Assembly: GCA_046726415.1 (NCBI GenBank)
Contig: JBKPAK010000121.1
Span: forward strand, 1 to 14,586
Length of the DNA: 14,586 nt
Direction: 5' to 3'
From: Candidatus Methylomirabilota bacterium
GTDB taxonomy: Bacteria > Methylomirabilota > Methylomirabilia > Rokubacteriales > CSP1-6
Part shown: positions 1 to 9,663 of the stretch, one piece after another
Position numbering within the stretch: the first letter of the stretch is position 1
Layout: the number at the start of each line of letters is the position of its first letter
Made by a program: the position numbers and the translations under genes
Notes under the pieces: generated by a model
What the model was told of the DNA's origin: nothing
What the model saw: the letters and a program-made list of their open reading frames with translations, nothing else
Databases searched by the model: none

Positions 1-2
1 AA

Positions 3-156
3 ACGCTCGGGGCGCCCCGGCGCAGCCGTGCCGCCCCTCGATACCGCGCGGCGCTTGGGAGGCCAACCAGCGGGGCCGCCCCCTTCCCCCCCATACGCTC
101 GGGGCGCCCCGGCGCAGCCGTGCCGCCCCTCGATACCGCGCGGCGCTTGGGAGGCC
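3..156. repeat. Two identical 62-bp direct repeats (3-64 and 95-156, period 92 bp), each with an imperfect GC hairpin; REP-like intergenic element
   Basis: acgctcggggcgccccggcgcagccgtgccgcccctcgataccgcgcggcgcttgggaggcc occurs at 3-64 and 95-156. Each copy has an internal stem (9-37 in copy 1) closed by a GCA loop. It lies downstream of the amidohydrolase stop and may continue beyond the window's left edge. Confidence 0.9.
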
Positions 157-193
157 GACGAGCCGGGGGGCGCCCAACGTCGACCCGGTATCG

Positions 194-1645
194 TCACCGC
201 GCCGCGTGGATCGGAAAGGCCGGGGGGATGATGCGGTCGACGCCATTGCCGTCGGCGCGCCAGTTCGCGACGTTCCGCCAGTAATGGTGCGTGGCCTGGC
301 GGGCCTTCGCGTAGATCGCCTCCTCGTCCACGCGCGTGAAGCGGCCTCCCTGCACGAGGATTTTACCGTCGACGATGACGGTGTCGATGTCGCGCCCACA
401 GCCGGCGTCCACCAGTGCTTTGATCGGATCGAGGTAGAACGCCGAGCCGAGCTGGTCGAGCTGGATCAGGAGGATGTCGGCCTTGGCGCCCGGGGCCAGA
501 CGCCCGAGGTCGTCGCGCCCGAGAAACTTGCAGCTCGCCAGGGTGGCCGCGTTGTAGACGTCGCGCGGCAGCCCCGCCTGATAGTTCGCGTCGGTAACCT
601 TGGCCAGCATCGACGCCCAGCGCAGCTCGGCCACCATGTCCATCGGGAACGTGTCGGTGCCCATGGCCACGTTCACTCCGGCATCCAGGTAGCGCTGAAA
701 GGAATGCAGCGTCATGGCCATCTTGGCGTACTTGTAGGGACAGTGCCCGACCGTCGCTCCGCTGTGCGCCAGCACGCGCAAATCATCACCGAACGGATAG
801 TGGCTCCAGGGATGAGCGGTCGTGAACACGCCATGCCCGATCAGGGTTCGATCGTCGAGGAAGCCGATGTCGGCCAGGAACTGCACCGGCGTCTTCCGGT
901 ACTCCTCCATGATCCGGTGGAACTCGATGAGGTTGCCGCCCGCGTGCGTGTGGATCGGCACGTCCAGTTCCTGCGCCGCCGCCTTGGCCGCCCGCAGCAG
1001 TGGTTCGCTGCACGTCTCGACCTGTGCCGCGTTCAGCATGCCGCGCAGCCGCCCCTGGGCCGCCCCGTCGTAGCTGCGCGTGAACTCGACCGCGACCTTC
1101 AGCCCCTGCGAGCCTAGGTCGGCGTCGGCATCGTAGTAGAGTCGGCCCTGCGCATCGCTGAAAGTGTTGCGATCCCGGAAGGGCGGGCTGCCGTACACGC
1201 GCACGCCCAGCTCGTCAACCAGGCGCACATAGTCCTCCCAGTCGCCGCGCAGGCCGCCGACGTCGATGATCGTGGTAGAGCCATGCCGGAGCGCGTGGAG
1301 GAAGACGAACGTGCGCTGGATGGCCACGGCCTCCGACGGCGGCGACGTCACCTTGCCCTTGAGCGGGGCGGCGAAGCTCATGTAGTTCGCGGTGCGATAG
1401 TCGTTCTGGGCCATGTCGTTGAGCAGGTAGTCGCCGCCGCTCCCCGCCGTGTGCACGTGGGTGTTGATGAACCCTGGCGACACCAGCTTGCCGCGGGCCG
1501 ACAGGCGGACGTCGGCCGGCCCTGCGTACGGGCCGCCGGCGTGCACGATGCGGTTGTCCTCGAAGACGACGCTGCCCTGCTCGTACACCTCGTGGCTCTC
1601 ACCGTTGAACGCCACCACCCAGCCGCCTTCGATGAGCGTCCTCAT
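194..1645 (-). CDS. Metal-dependent amidohydrolase, Atz/Trz/chlorohydrolase-deaminase-like (483 aa)
   Basis: PGFINTHVH (HxH metal motif), IHTH, GHCP, GTDT (strand-8 Asp), GRLAPGAKADI, VIVDGKILV. SD GGAGGT at 1657-1652 before ATG 1645. Confidence 0.92.
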   Translation of the reverse strand: MRTLIEGGWVVAFNGESHEVYEQGSVVFEDNRIVHAGGPYAGPADVRLSARGKLVSPGFINTHVHTAGSGGDYLLNDMAQNDYRTANYMSFAAPLKGKVTSPPSEAVAIQRTFVFLHALRHGSTTIIDVGGLRGDWEDYVRLVDELGVRVYGSPPFRDRNTFSDAQGRLYYDADADLGSQGLKVAVEFTRSYDGAAQGRLRGMLNAAQVETCSEPLLRAAKAAAQELDVPIHTHAGGNLIEFHRIMEEYRKTPVQFLADIGFLDDRTLIGHGVFTTAHPWSHYPFGDDLRVLAHSGATVGHCPYKYAKMAMTLHSFQRYLDAGVNVAMGTDTFPMDMVAELRWASMLAKVTDANYQAGLPRDVYNAATLASCKFLGRDDLGRLAPGAKADILLIQLDQLGSAFYLDPIKALVDAGCGRDIDTVIVDGKILVQGGRFTRVDEEAIYAKARQATHHYWRNVANWRADGNGVDRIIPPAFPIHAAR

Positions 1646-1848
1646 GCGCTGACCTCCCGTCGAAATTCAAAGGGCGGCTCGGGGTGCGCCGTCAAGGGCT
1701 CGCCCCACGTCACCGCCGGTGATCCTACGCCAAAACGCCGAGACTCCGACAGAGCGCTCCCCCGGGGCACGCACCGGCGATGTTCCCCGCGCCATCTCCG
1801 AGGTCGAGGCAAGGGGGGCCGACTCTCGGGGCGCGCTCCCGAGCGTTG

Positions 1849-1857
1849 TGCTACGCT
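1849..1857 (+). promoter_or_regulatory. Candidate extended -10 element (TGnTACGCT) for the TPR gene, possibly leaderless
   Basis: TG-c-TACGCT ends 5 nt before ATG 1863, and no SD lies upstream of 1863 or 1875. Confidence 0.4.
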
Positions 1858-1862
1858 CGCAC

Positions 1863-3194
1863 ATGGCGCCGCACATGAGCATCGTTGACCGCTACGGAGT
1901 GCCCATCTCCACGTCGTCGGTGACTGCCGCCGAGCACTATCAGGAGGGCATGGACCGCCTGCTGTCGTACGGCCACGGCGCCGACGAGAGTTTCGCGTCA
2001 GCCAGCGCGGCCGACGAGGAATTCGCGCTTCCCCACGCGGGCGCCGCTGTCCTCGGCATGGTCCGGGGCGACGTCGCGGCGACGCGCGCCGCCATCACCC
2101 GGGCCCGAGCGCTCGTGCCGGGTGCGACCCGGCGCGAGCGGCAGCACGTCGAGGCGCTGTCGGCCATCGTCGACGGCGACACCGGCCGAGGATTGGCGCT
2201 GATCGACGAGCACGTGGCGGAGTTTCCCCGCGACGCGGTGCTCGTCAACCAGGCCAGCAGCGCCATCGGCTTCGGCGGGCGGGCCGATCGCCAGGAATTT
2301 CGCCGGGCCTTCGTCGAGCGCCTCGCTCCTGCCTATGGCGAGGACTGGTGGTTTCAGTCCGCGCTGGCCTTCACCTACCACGAGGTCTCCCGCTTCGACG
2401 AGTCGCGGTGTCTCTCGGAGCGCTCGCTCGAGCAGTACCCCGGCAACGCTCACGCCAGCCACAACATCGCCCACGTCTGCTTCGAGACTGCCGATCACGA
2501 CGGCGGAGTGGCGTTTCTCGAAGACTGGCTGGCGGGCTACGATCGCCGCGCCCCCTTCCATTGCCATCTGGCCTGGCACCTCGCGCTGTTCGAGCTGCAG
2601 CGCGGCCACGATCGGCGGGCCCTCGAGATCTGTGAGCGCGATATCCTGGTCGCCTCGAACCCGCGCCTGGCGCTGATGGACGGCTCGGCGCTTCTGTGGC
2701 GGCTCCGGCTCTATGACGGCGCGGATGCCTTGCCGTGGCATCCGGTGGCCGACCTGGCCAGGCGGATCTCGCGGCCCGGTTTCATCTTTGGCGATATCCA
2801 CGCGGCTCTGGCCTACGCGTCGAGCGGCGATCGCGAGGCGCTCACGGCGCTGACCGAGAATCTCCACACGCTCGAGGCCCGGGGCCACCCGACAGCCGGC
2901 GCGGTGGCCCTGCCATTGGTGCAGGGCATCGCCGCGTTCGTAGCCGATAACTTCGCCGGCACGCTCGCCCACCTCGAGCCGATCGAAGACGAGATCCACC
3001 GCATGGGCGGCAGCCACGCCCAGTGGGAAGTCTTCGAGGAGACGATGGTCGTCTGCTATCTCCACCTCGGGCGTCACGAGGAGGCGGCCAGGCTGCTGCG
3101 TCGTCGCCTCGGTCGGCGTTCCTCACCCCGCGACCTCGCCTGGCTGCGCCAGGTGAACGACGTATCAGGGACGGCGGCCCCGGCTCAGCACTGA
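1863..3194 (+). CDS. TTC38-like tetratricopeptide-repeat protein (~443 aa; start 1863 or 1875 rather than 1719)
   Basis: N-terminal DRYGVPISTSS..AAEHY, TRRERQHV, FPRDA, HASHNIAHV, HCHLAWHLALF and RMGGSHAQWEVFE match my recollection of TTC38-family proteins. The 1719-1862 extension is not protein-like and spans the divergent intergenic region. Confidence 0.85.
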   Translation: MAPHMSIVDRYGVPISTSSVTAAEHYQEGMDRLLSYGHGADESFASASAADEEFALPHAGAAVLGMVRGDVAATRAAITRARALVPGATRRERQHVEALSAIVDGDTGRGLALIDEHVAEFPRDAVLVNQASSAIGFGGRADRQEFRRAFVERLAPAYGEDWWFQSALAFTYHEVSRFDESRCLSERSLEQYPGNAHASHNIAHVCFETADHDGGVAFLEDWLAGYDRRAPFHCHLAWHLALFELQRGHDRRALEICERDILVASNPRLALMDGSALLWRLRLYDGADALPWHPVADLARRISRPGFIFGDIHAALAYASSGDREALTALTENLHTLEARGHPTAGAVALPLVQGIAAFVADNFAGTLAHLEPIEDEIHRMGGSHAQWEVFEETMVVCYLHLGRHEEAARLLRRRLGRRSSPRDLAWLRQVNDVSGTAAPAQH

Positions 3195-3307
3195 TCATGA
3201 GCTAACCGCGGCCCCGACCATCGCGTAGCCCTCCAGCGCCCCCGCTCGTCTGAGCCAGATCTCGGCCAGGCTCTCTCTCATCACAGGGGTTCCGACGGCG
3301 CTCGCCA

Positions 3308-3308
<1 letters not shown>
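3195..3308 (-). CDS. Possible 37-aa peptide or gene remnant translationally coupled to copA
   Basis: ATG overlaps the copA stop (TGATG) with GGAG just upstream. Sequence MASAVGTPVMRESLAEIWLRRAGALEGYAMVGAAVSS; no family recognised. Confidence 0.2.
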
Positions 3309-5674
<2,366 letters not shown>

Positions 5675-5704
5675 GGCGACCTCCGTGTCCTCCTCGCATT
5701 GTGA

Positions 5705-5721
5705 TGCCTGACGGATGCCAG
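5705..5721 (-). promoter_or_regulatory. Candidate sigma-54 (-24/-12) promoter for copA
   Basis: Minus strand reads CTGGCATccgtcAGGCA, i.e. GG-N10-GC with a good -24 box and a weak -12 box (AGGC instead of TTGC). The predicted start (~5694) lies just upstream of the SD. Confidence 0.3.
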
Positions 5722-5985
5722 TGGGCGCGAATGTCGCCGTACGGGATCTGAGGCTCGAGGGGCCCTGAGCGTCGGTCAGCGCGTCAGCCGCGGCCTCGGC
5801 CACCTGTTTGTCCTACTGCGAGGCGACCCCCGGTCACCACATCCTCGGTTGCCGCGACGGTCGCGACAGATTAACCGAAAGGTTTCTCCCTGCCAAGGCC
5901 GGGCCCGCCAGATTGCGCGAGGCCCGAGAGGAGCGCTGTACGGTGACGTCGTCCTCGTCCGAGCGCCAAGCGACCGGAGGCCGCG

Positions 5986-6465
5986 CTACCTTGGCAGCAC
6001 CACGAGCATGCCCTGCATGTTGGGCAAGTGCTTGGTGCAGATGATCGGGTACAGCCCCGGCGCGGTGGCCGTGAACGTCACCCGCGCCACCTCGCCTCGC
6101 TTGACCACGAAGGACTCGACGAGACCGGGAATGGTCGAGGGATGGATGTCCCCATTCACCCCCACGATCTCCAGGGTGACCGGCTCCCCCTGCCGCACGA
6201 CGATCGTCCCCGGAGACCACTGATAGGCTGAGACTTCCCAGCGACCGCTCGCATTGGGTGGCGTCTTGACGTATCCGCCCCCAGGGGGCAGCGCGCCCGC
6301 AGGGTACGGCTCCTTGTCCTGTTGCGCACCACCTTTCATCTCGACGGCGGCCATGTAGACGACGCGGCCCGGCGACTGGGCTTGTGGCGCGTCCGCACTG
6401 ACCATCCCGAGCAGCAGCACGAGAACCGTCGCGAAGGCGCGGATCAGAATCGCGTGACGTGACAT
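5986..6465 (-). CDS. Exported cupredoxin-domain protein with type-1 copper ligand set (159 aa)
   Basis: N-terminal signal peptide; W.PGTIVVRQGEPVTL; His in GDIHP; PGLYPIICTKHLPNM (C-x2-H-x3-M). SD GGAGGA at 6476-6471 before ATG 6465. Confidence 0.88.
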   Translation of the reverse strand: MSRHAILIRAFATVLVLLLGMVSADAPQAQSPGRVVYMAAVEMKGGAQQDKEPYPAGALPPGGGYVKTPPNASGRWEVSAYQWSPGTIVVRQGEPVTLEIVGVNGDIHPSTIPGLVESFVVKRGEVARVTFTATAPGLYPIICTKHLPNMQGMLVVLPR

Positions 6466-6493
6466 GTCTGTCCTCCGTTGGCGTCGGGAACAT

Positions 6494-7399
6494 TCACGAC
6501 CTCGATGGCGCGACTGGTCGCGGCCTCGTCGCGTTCGCGGGTGCCGTGGCGGCGGTGAGGGCGGCGTTGCCCCGGGCGCGGAGGATGCCGAACGGCCGCT
6601 GCCGCGCGAGGCGAACACAGAGCGCCGCGAAGTTGAGGAGTTCGGCCTCGCTCGCCCGAGCGGCGGCCACGTAGAGGTGCCCGCCACTGCTCCACCACGC
6701 CACCCGCACGCCCGCAAGCGTGGCGAAGTATAGTTCCTCGCCCTCCACGATCTGCTCCGCGGCGCGCTCACCCGGATGGAACGGATCCCGGGTGATGAAC
6801 AGCGAGATCCGGCGGCCCTCACCCTCGTAGAGGAGGTGGGCGGCTTCCTGGGACGCGATCCACGACATCCGGGCGCCCACCACCCGTTCACCGCTCGGCG
6901 CGACTGCGGGGACGCCGACACTCGGGCCAACGCGGTGTTCCAGCCAGGACGCCAGCCGCGACGGGTCCGACGTGGGCAACTCGAGGTCAATTGCGGTCTG
7001 CTCGGCGTCGAGGTGGACGCCGACGACGTCCATGGTGAGCGGCCCCGGCCCCGGGGCCGGGGTGTGCGTTCCTGCGGCGAGGAGGACGCCGAACAGCAGA
7101 AGTGCGGTCAGCGCGCAAGCCAGAACGGCGCGGGCCCCCGGCTCGTTCCTCCAGGAATGCCGGCCATCATTCGACTCGGACTGGATGGCCAGAGTAGAAA
7201 TGCGCTCGCGCAACCTGGCCGGGGGCGCGTCGCGGACCGCATCCGCGGCCAGCAGCGCATGCAGGTGGGCTTCCGAGTCTCTCACCTGCCGGCACGTCTC
7301 GCACCGCCCCAGGTGCTCGTCCACTCGAAGCGTCTCCAGCACGGTCAGCTCTTCGTCGAGATACGCGTCGAGGAAGGCCAGGACATCCTGGCAGGTCAT
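6494..7399 (-). CDS. Membrane-anchored anti-sigma factor with zf-HC2/ZAS zinc finger (301 aa)
   Basis: MTCQD..FLDAYLDEEL...HLGRCETC (HxxxCxxC); one TM helix AVLACALTALLLFGVLLAAG; extracytoplasmic domain LASWLEHRVG...GAR...AAHLLY...RISLF. ATGA overlap with the sigma stop at 7396-7399. Confidence 0.9.
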   Translation of the reverse strand: MTCQDVLAFLDAYLDEELTVLETLRVDEHLGRCETCRQVRDSEAHLHALLAADAVRDAPPARLRERISTLAIQSESNDGRHSWRNEPGARAVLACALTALLLFGVLLAAGTHTPAPGPGPLTMDVVGVHLDAEQTAIDLELPTSDPSRLASWLEHRVGPSVGVPAVAPSGERVVGARMSWIASQEAAHLLYEGEGRRISLFITRDPFHPGERAAEQIVEGEELYFATLAGVRVAWWSSGGHLYVAAARASEAELLNFAALCVRLARQRPFGILRARGNAALTAATAPANATRPRPVAPSRS

Positions 7400-7953
7400 C
7401 GCGACGACTCCGTTCGGTGATGTCGGCGGGCGGTTTCGGCGAGCGCGTGGCGAAGCAGCCGCCGCCCCCGAAATAGCCGCGACATGACGGTGCCGACGGG
7501 AACCTCCAGGATCTCGGCCATCTCTCGATACGAGAAGCCCGCGATATGCGCGAGCACGATCGGCTCTCGATACACAAGGGGCAGCGCGAGAGTAGCCTCC
7601 CGCACCTCTTCCAGGAGGACATGCTGGAGCGGCGAGTCTTCTTGCCACACGAACGGGCCGGGCGAGCGCGTGGCCGCGTCCAGATCATCGACGCTGACGA
7701 CCACGTCCGCCGCCCGCTGTTCGGCCCGACGCAGAAAGACCGACCGGAGGACGGCAAACACCCACACCTTAGCGGCGGCGGGGTCCCGGAGCTGATCCAG
7801 GGCCCGAAACGCCCGGAGGCACGTCTCCTGAACGAGGTCTTCGGCATCCTGGACGGTGCCGACCAGGCGCAAGGCCGAGCGATACAGCGTCGTCAGGTGA
7901 GGCGAAATGTACTCGTCGAATCGCCGGGTCCGGGTGGCGTCGGTCTGGTTCAC
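7396..7953 (-). CDS. ECF sigma-70 family RNA polymerase sigma factor (185 aa, GTG start)
   Basis: Region 2 DAEDLVQETCLRA; region 4 LPLVYREPIVL...FSYREMAEILEVPVGTVMSRLFRGR; coupled to the anti-sigma gene. Confidence 0.93.
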   Translation of the reverse strand: MNQTDATRTRRFDEYISPHLTTLYRSALRLVGTVQDAEDLVQETCLRAFRALDQLRDPAAAKVWVFAVLRSVFLRRAEQRAADVVVSVDDLDAATRSPGPFVWQEDSPLQHVLLEEVREATLALPLVYREPIVLAHIAGFSYREMAEILEVPVGTVMSRLFRGRRLLRHALAETARRHHRTESSR

Positions 7954-7981
7954 GGCGGTCAGTCCGTCTAAGAAGACAGGA

Positions 7982-8005
7982 TACGAGCCGCTCGTCGTTT
8001 ATTCC
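7982..8005 (-). promoter_or_regulatory. Candidate autoregulatory ECF promoter (GGAAT-N15-CGTA) overlapping a 13-bp palindrome
   Basis: Minus strand reads GGAATaaacgacgagcggctCGTA about 30 nt upstream of the sigma GTG. ECF promoters commonly have GGAAY and CGT boxes, but the spacer here is slightly short. Confidence 0.3.
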
Positions 8006-8064
8006 GCGGTGGGATCTACGATACTGTGAGCCCCGAGAAAGACGCCGGCGAGGGAGGACACTCG

Positions 8065-8532
8065 ATGACGATGGCCGCCGAGAAGGAATCGCTGGTACAG
8101 CGCCTGGACCGGGCCGTGCAAGATGTCCTCGCGTACTTCGAGGGGCCCGGGCGGACGACCACGGCACGGGTCGATCAGTGGCAGGCTCGAGATATTCTCC
8201 AGCATTTCATTTACTTCCATGACGCCACCGCATGGGGCATCCAGTCGGTCGCCCAGGGCGGACCGGTGTGGACGATGCCGGCCGACGCCGACGCGGTCAA
8301 CGAGGTGTGCCGCCGGCTCCACGAACCCGAGAGCTTCGACGATCTGCTCATCCAGGTGCGGCTGGCGCATGCCAGGCTGCTCCGCGCCGCCCGCAACGCA
8401 TCCGACCTCGATCAGCCCTGCTTCCGGCGGGCCAATGGAGACGTGATGACGGGCCGGCAGCGACTGGAGGCCCTCGCCCGCCACTGGCACGAGCACGTTC
8501 AGGAGCTGAAGGCGGCGGCGCAGGAAGGGTAG
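8065..8532 (+). CDS. DinB/YfiT-like four-helix-bundle metalloprotein (155 aa)
   Basis: WQARDILQH near the N-terminus and HWHEH near the C-terminus (three-His metal triad). SD GGAGGA at 8053-8058, 6 nt before ATG 8065. Confidence 0.75.
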   Translation: MTMAAEKESLVQRLDRAVQDVLAYFEGPGRTTTARVDQWQARDILQHFIYFHDATAWGIQSVAQGGPVWTMPADADAVNEVCRRLHEPESFDDLLIQVRLAHARLLRAARNASDLDQPCFRRANGDVMTGRQRLEALARHWHEHVQELKAAAQEG

Positions 8533-8603
8533 GGGGCGAACGGCCCCGTCCCGCGCTGTCCCCGGGCGTAGTATCTTCCGGTCCTGGAAGGGGACTCGTC
8601 ACC

Positions 8604-9371
8604 ATGGGAAAGACGATCTTCGACTTCACGGGGCAGGTGTCCGCGATCACCGGAGGAGCGCGGGGCATTGGCAAGGGCTCGTCCGAGGCGTTCGCCGAAG
8701 CGGGCGCGCGCGTCTACGTGCTCGATCTCGACAAAGCGGGCGGTGAAACCGTGACCCGGGGCATCCAGGAGCGCGGAGGGCAGGCCTCGTTTCTCGCGTG
8801 CGATGTGACCGACGCCGCGGAGGTCGGAGCGACGTTCGATCGCCTGCTCAGCGAGGCGGGACGCCTCGACATTCTAGTGAACAGCGCGGGCGGCTTCTGG
8901 AAGCAGCTCTCGGTCGAGGAGACGCCCGAGGAGGAATGGGACAAGGTCGTCGACCTCAACCTCAAGAGCATCTTTCTGTGCGCCAAGGCCGCCATTCCCG
9001 CCTTCAAACGCCAGGGGAGCGGACGCATCATCAGCATCGGCTCACAGGCGGGGGTCACGGTGTTCCAGCCCTCCTCCCCGCCCTACGCAGCCGCCAAGGC
9101 GGGCGTGCACTCCCTGACGCGCGTCCTCGCCTTCGAGCTCGGTCGGTACGGCGTCACCGCCAACGCCATCGCGCCGGGCACGACGGCAACCGAGCGCGTC
9201 GTCGCCGTTCGCAGCCAGGAGCAGCGCGACATGATCGGCAAGGCGACCCTCGTCGGCCGCATCGCCGACGTGTCGGACATGGTGGGGTGGGTCCTCTTCC
9301 TCGCCGCCCCCGAGGCGGGCTATCTCACCGGCCAGACCCTCTCCGTCAACGGCGGCCGCCTCATGGTGTGA
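8604..9371 (+). CDS. Classical short-chain dehydrogenase/reductase, probably NAD(H)-preferring (255 aa)
   Basis: TGGARGIG, VLD (acidic residue after beta-2), VNSAG, catalytic Ser, YAAAK, NAIAPG, YLTGQTLSVNGG. Purine-rich SD at 8586-8594. The ORF-track extension from 8232 overlaps the DinB gene. Confidence 0.93.
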   Translation: MGKTIFDFTGQVSAITGGARGIGKGSSEAFAEAGARVYVLDLDKAGGETVTRGIQERGGQASFLACDVTDAAEVGATFDRLLSEAGRLDILVNSAGGFWKQLSVEETPEEEWDKVVDLNLKSIFLCAKAAIPAFKRQGSGRIISIGSQAGVTVFQPSSPPYAAAKAGVHSLTRVLAFELGRYGVTANAIAPGTTATERVVAVRSQEQRDMIGKATLVGRIADVSDMVGWVLFLAAPEAGYLTGQTLSVNGGRLMV

Positions 9372-9402
9372 GGCGTCGCATCGCGGTCACCGACGTAAGT
9401 TC

Positions 9403-9431
9403 TTGACGTTCGCGCGGGCCAGGCGCAGAGT
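9403..9431 (+). promoter_or_regulatory. Candidate sigma-70 promoter TTGACG-N17-CAGAGT
   Basis: Near-consensus -35, exact 17-bp spacer, and a -10 retaining A2 and T6, in the intergenic region upstream of the SBP gene. Confidence 0.5.
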
Positions 9432-9473
9432 CCTCGCATCGTCCCGACCGTGTGCCCTTCAGGGAGGCGAGGA

Positions 9474-9635
9474 ATGCCCCCAGACCGGGCCTCTCGACAG
9501 CTCCCGCCACCTCTCGGTGAGCGCCTGCGCGGCCAAGGGACACGCGCGCCACTTGTCATCAACCAGCTGAATCGCGAAACCACTTCAGACCCCAGGCGCG
9601 CGGCGCTGACCGCCGGCGCGGGAAGCGTCGGCTGA
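9474..9635 (+). CDS. Possible 53-aa upstream ORF in the SBP leader
   Basis: GGAGG at 9463-9467, 6 nt before ATG 9474; stop 28 nt before the SBP ATG. The peptide is not recognisable. Confidence 0.25.
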   Translation: MPPDRASRQLPPPLGERLRGQGTRAPLVINQLNRETTSDPRRAALTAGAGSVG

Positions 9636-9663
9636 GCACAAGAGAGAAACCAGGAGGTGCGAA

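Noticed and set aside
3-156. CRISPR array (repeat, 30-nt spacer, repeat)
   Set aside because: A 62-bp repeat is too long, only two copies are visible, the post-repeat sequences resemble each other and are low-complexity, and there are no cas genes in the window.
5865-5894. Riboswitch (e.g. c-di-GMP-I) around aacc-gaaa-ggtt
   Set aside because: The GAAA tetraloop is on the strand opposite copA, and I cannot find the other conserved elements.
6514-6538. Second ECF promoter (GAAC-N18-GTC, minus strand) upstream of the cupredoxin
   Set aside because: Short match inside coding sequence, easily produced by chance, with spacing different from the candidate at 7982-8005.
7396-7953. CorE-like copper-binding ECF sigma
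   Set aside because: No Cys-rich C-terminal domain, and a cognate anti-sigma is present.
8533-8547. Terminator after the DinB-like gene (ggggc-gaacg-gcccc)
   Set aside because: Only a 5-bp stem with no U-tract; common by chance at this GC content.
5675-8603. ORF-track N-terminal extensions (copA from 5803, cupredoxin from 6990, anti-sigma from 7648, SDR from 8232) suggesting fusions
   Set aside because: The extensions are not protein-like or overlap neighbouring genes, and internal starts have clear SDs or stop-start overlaps.
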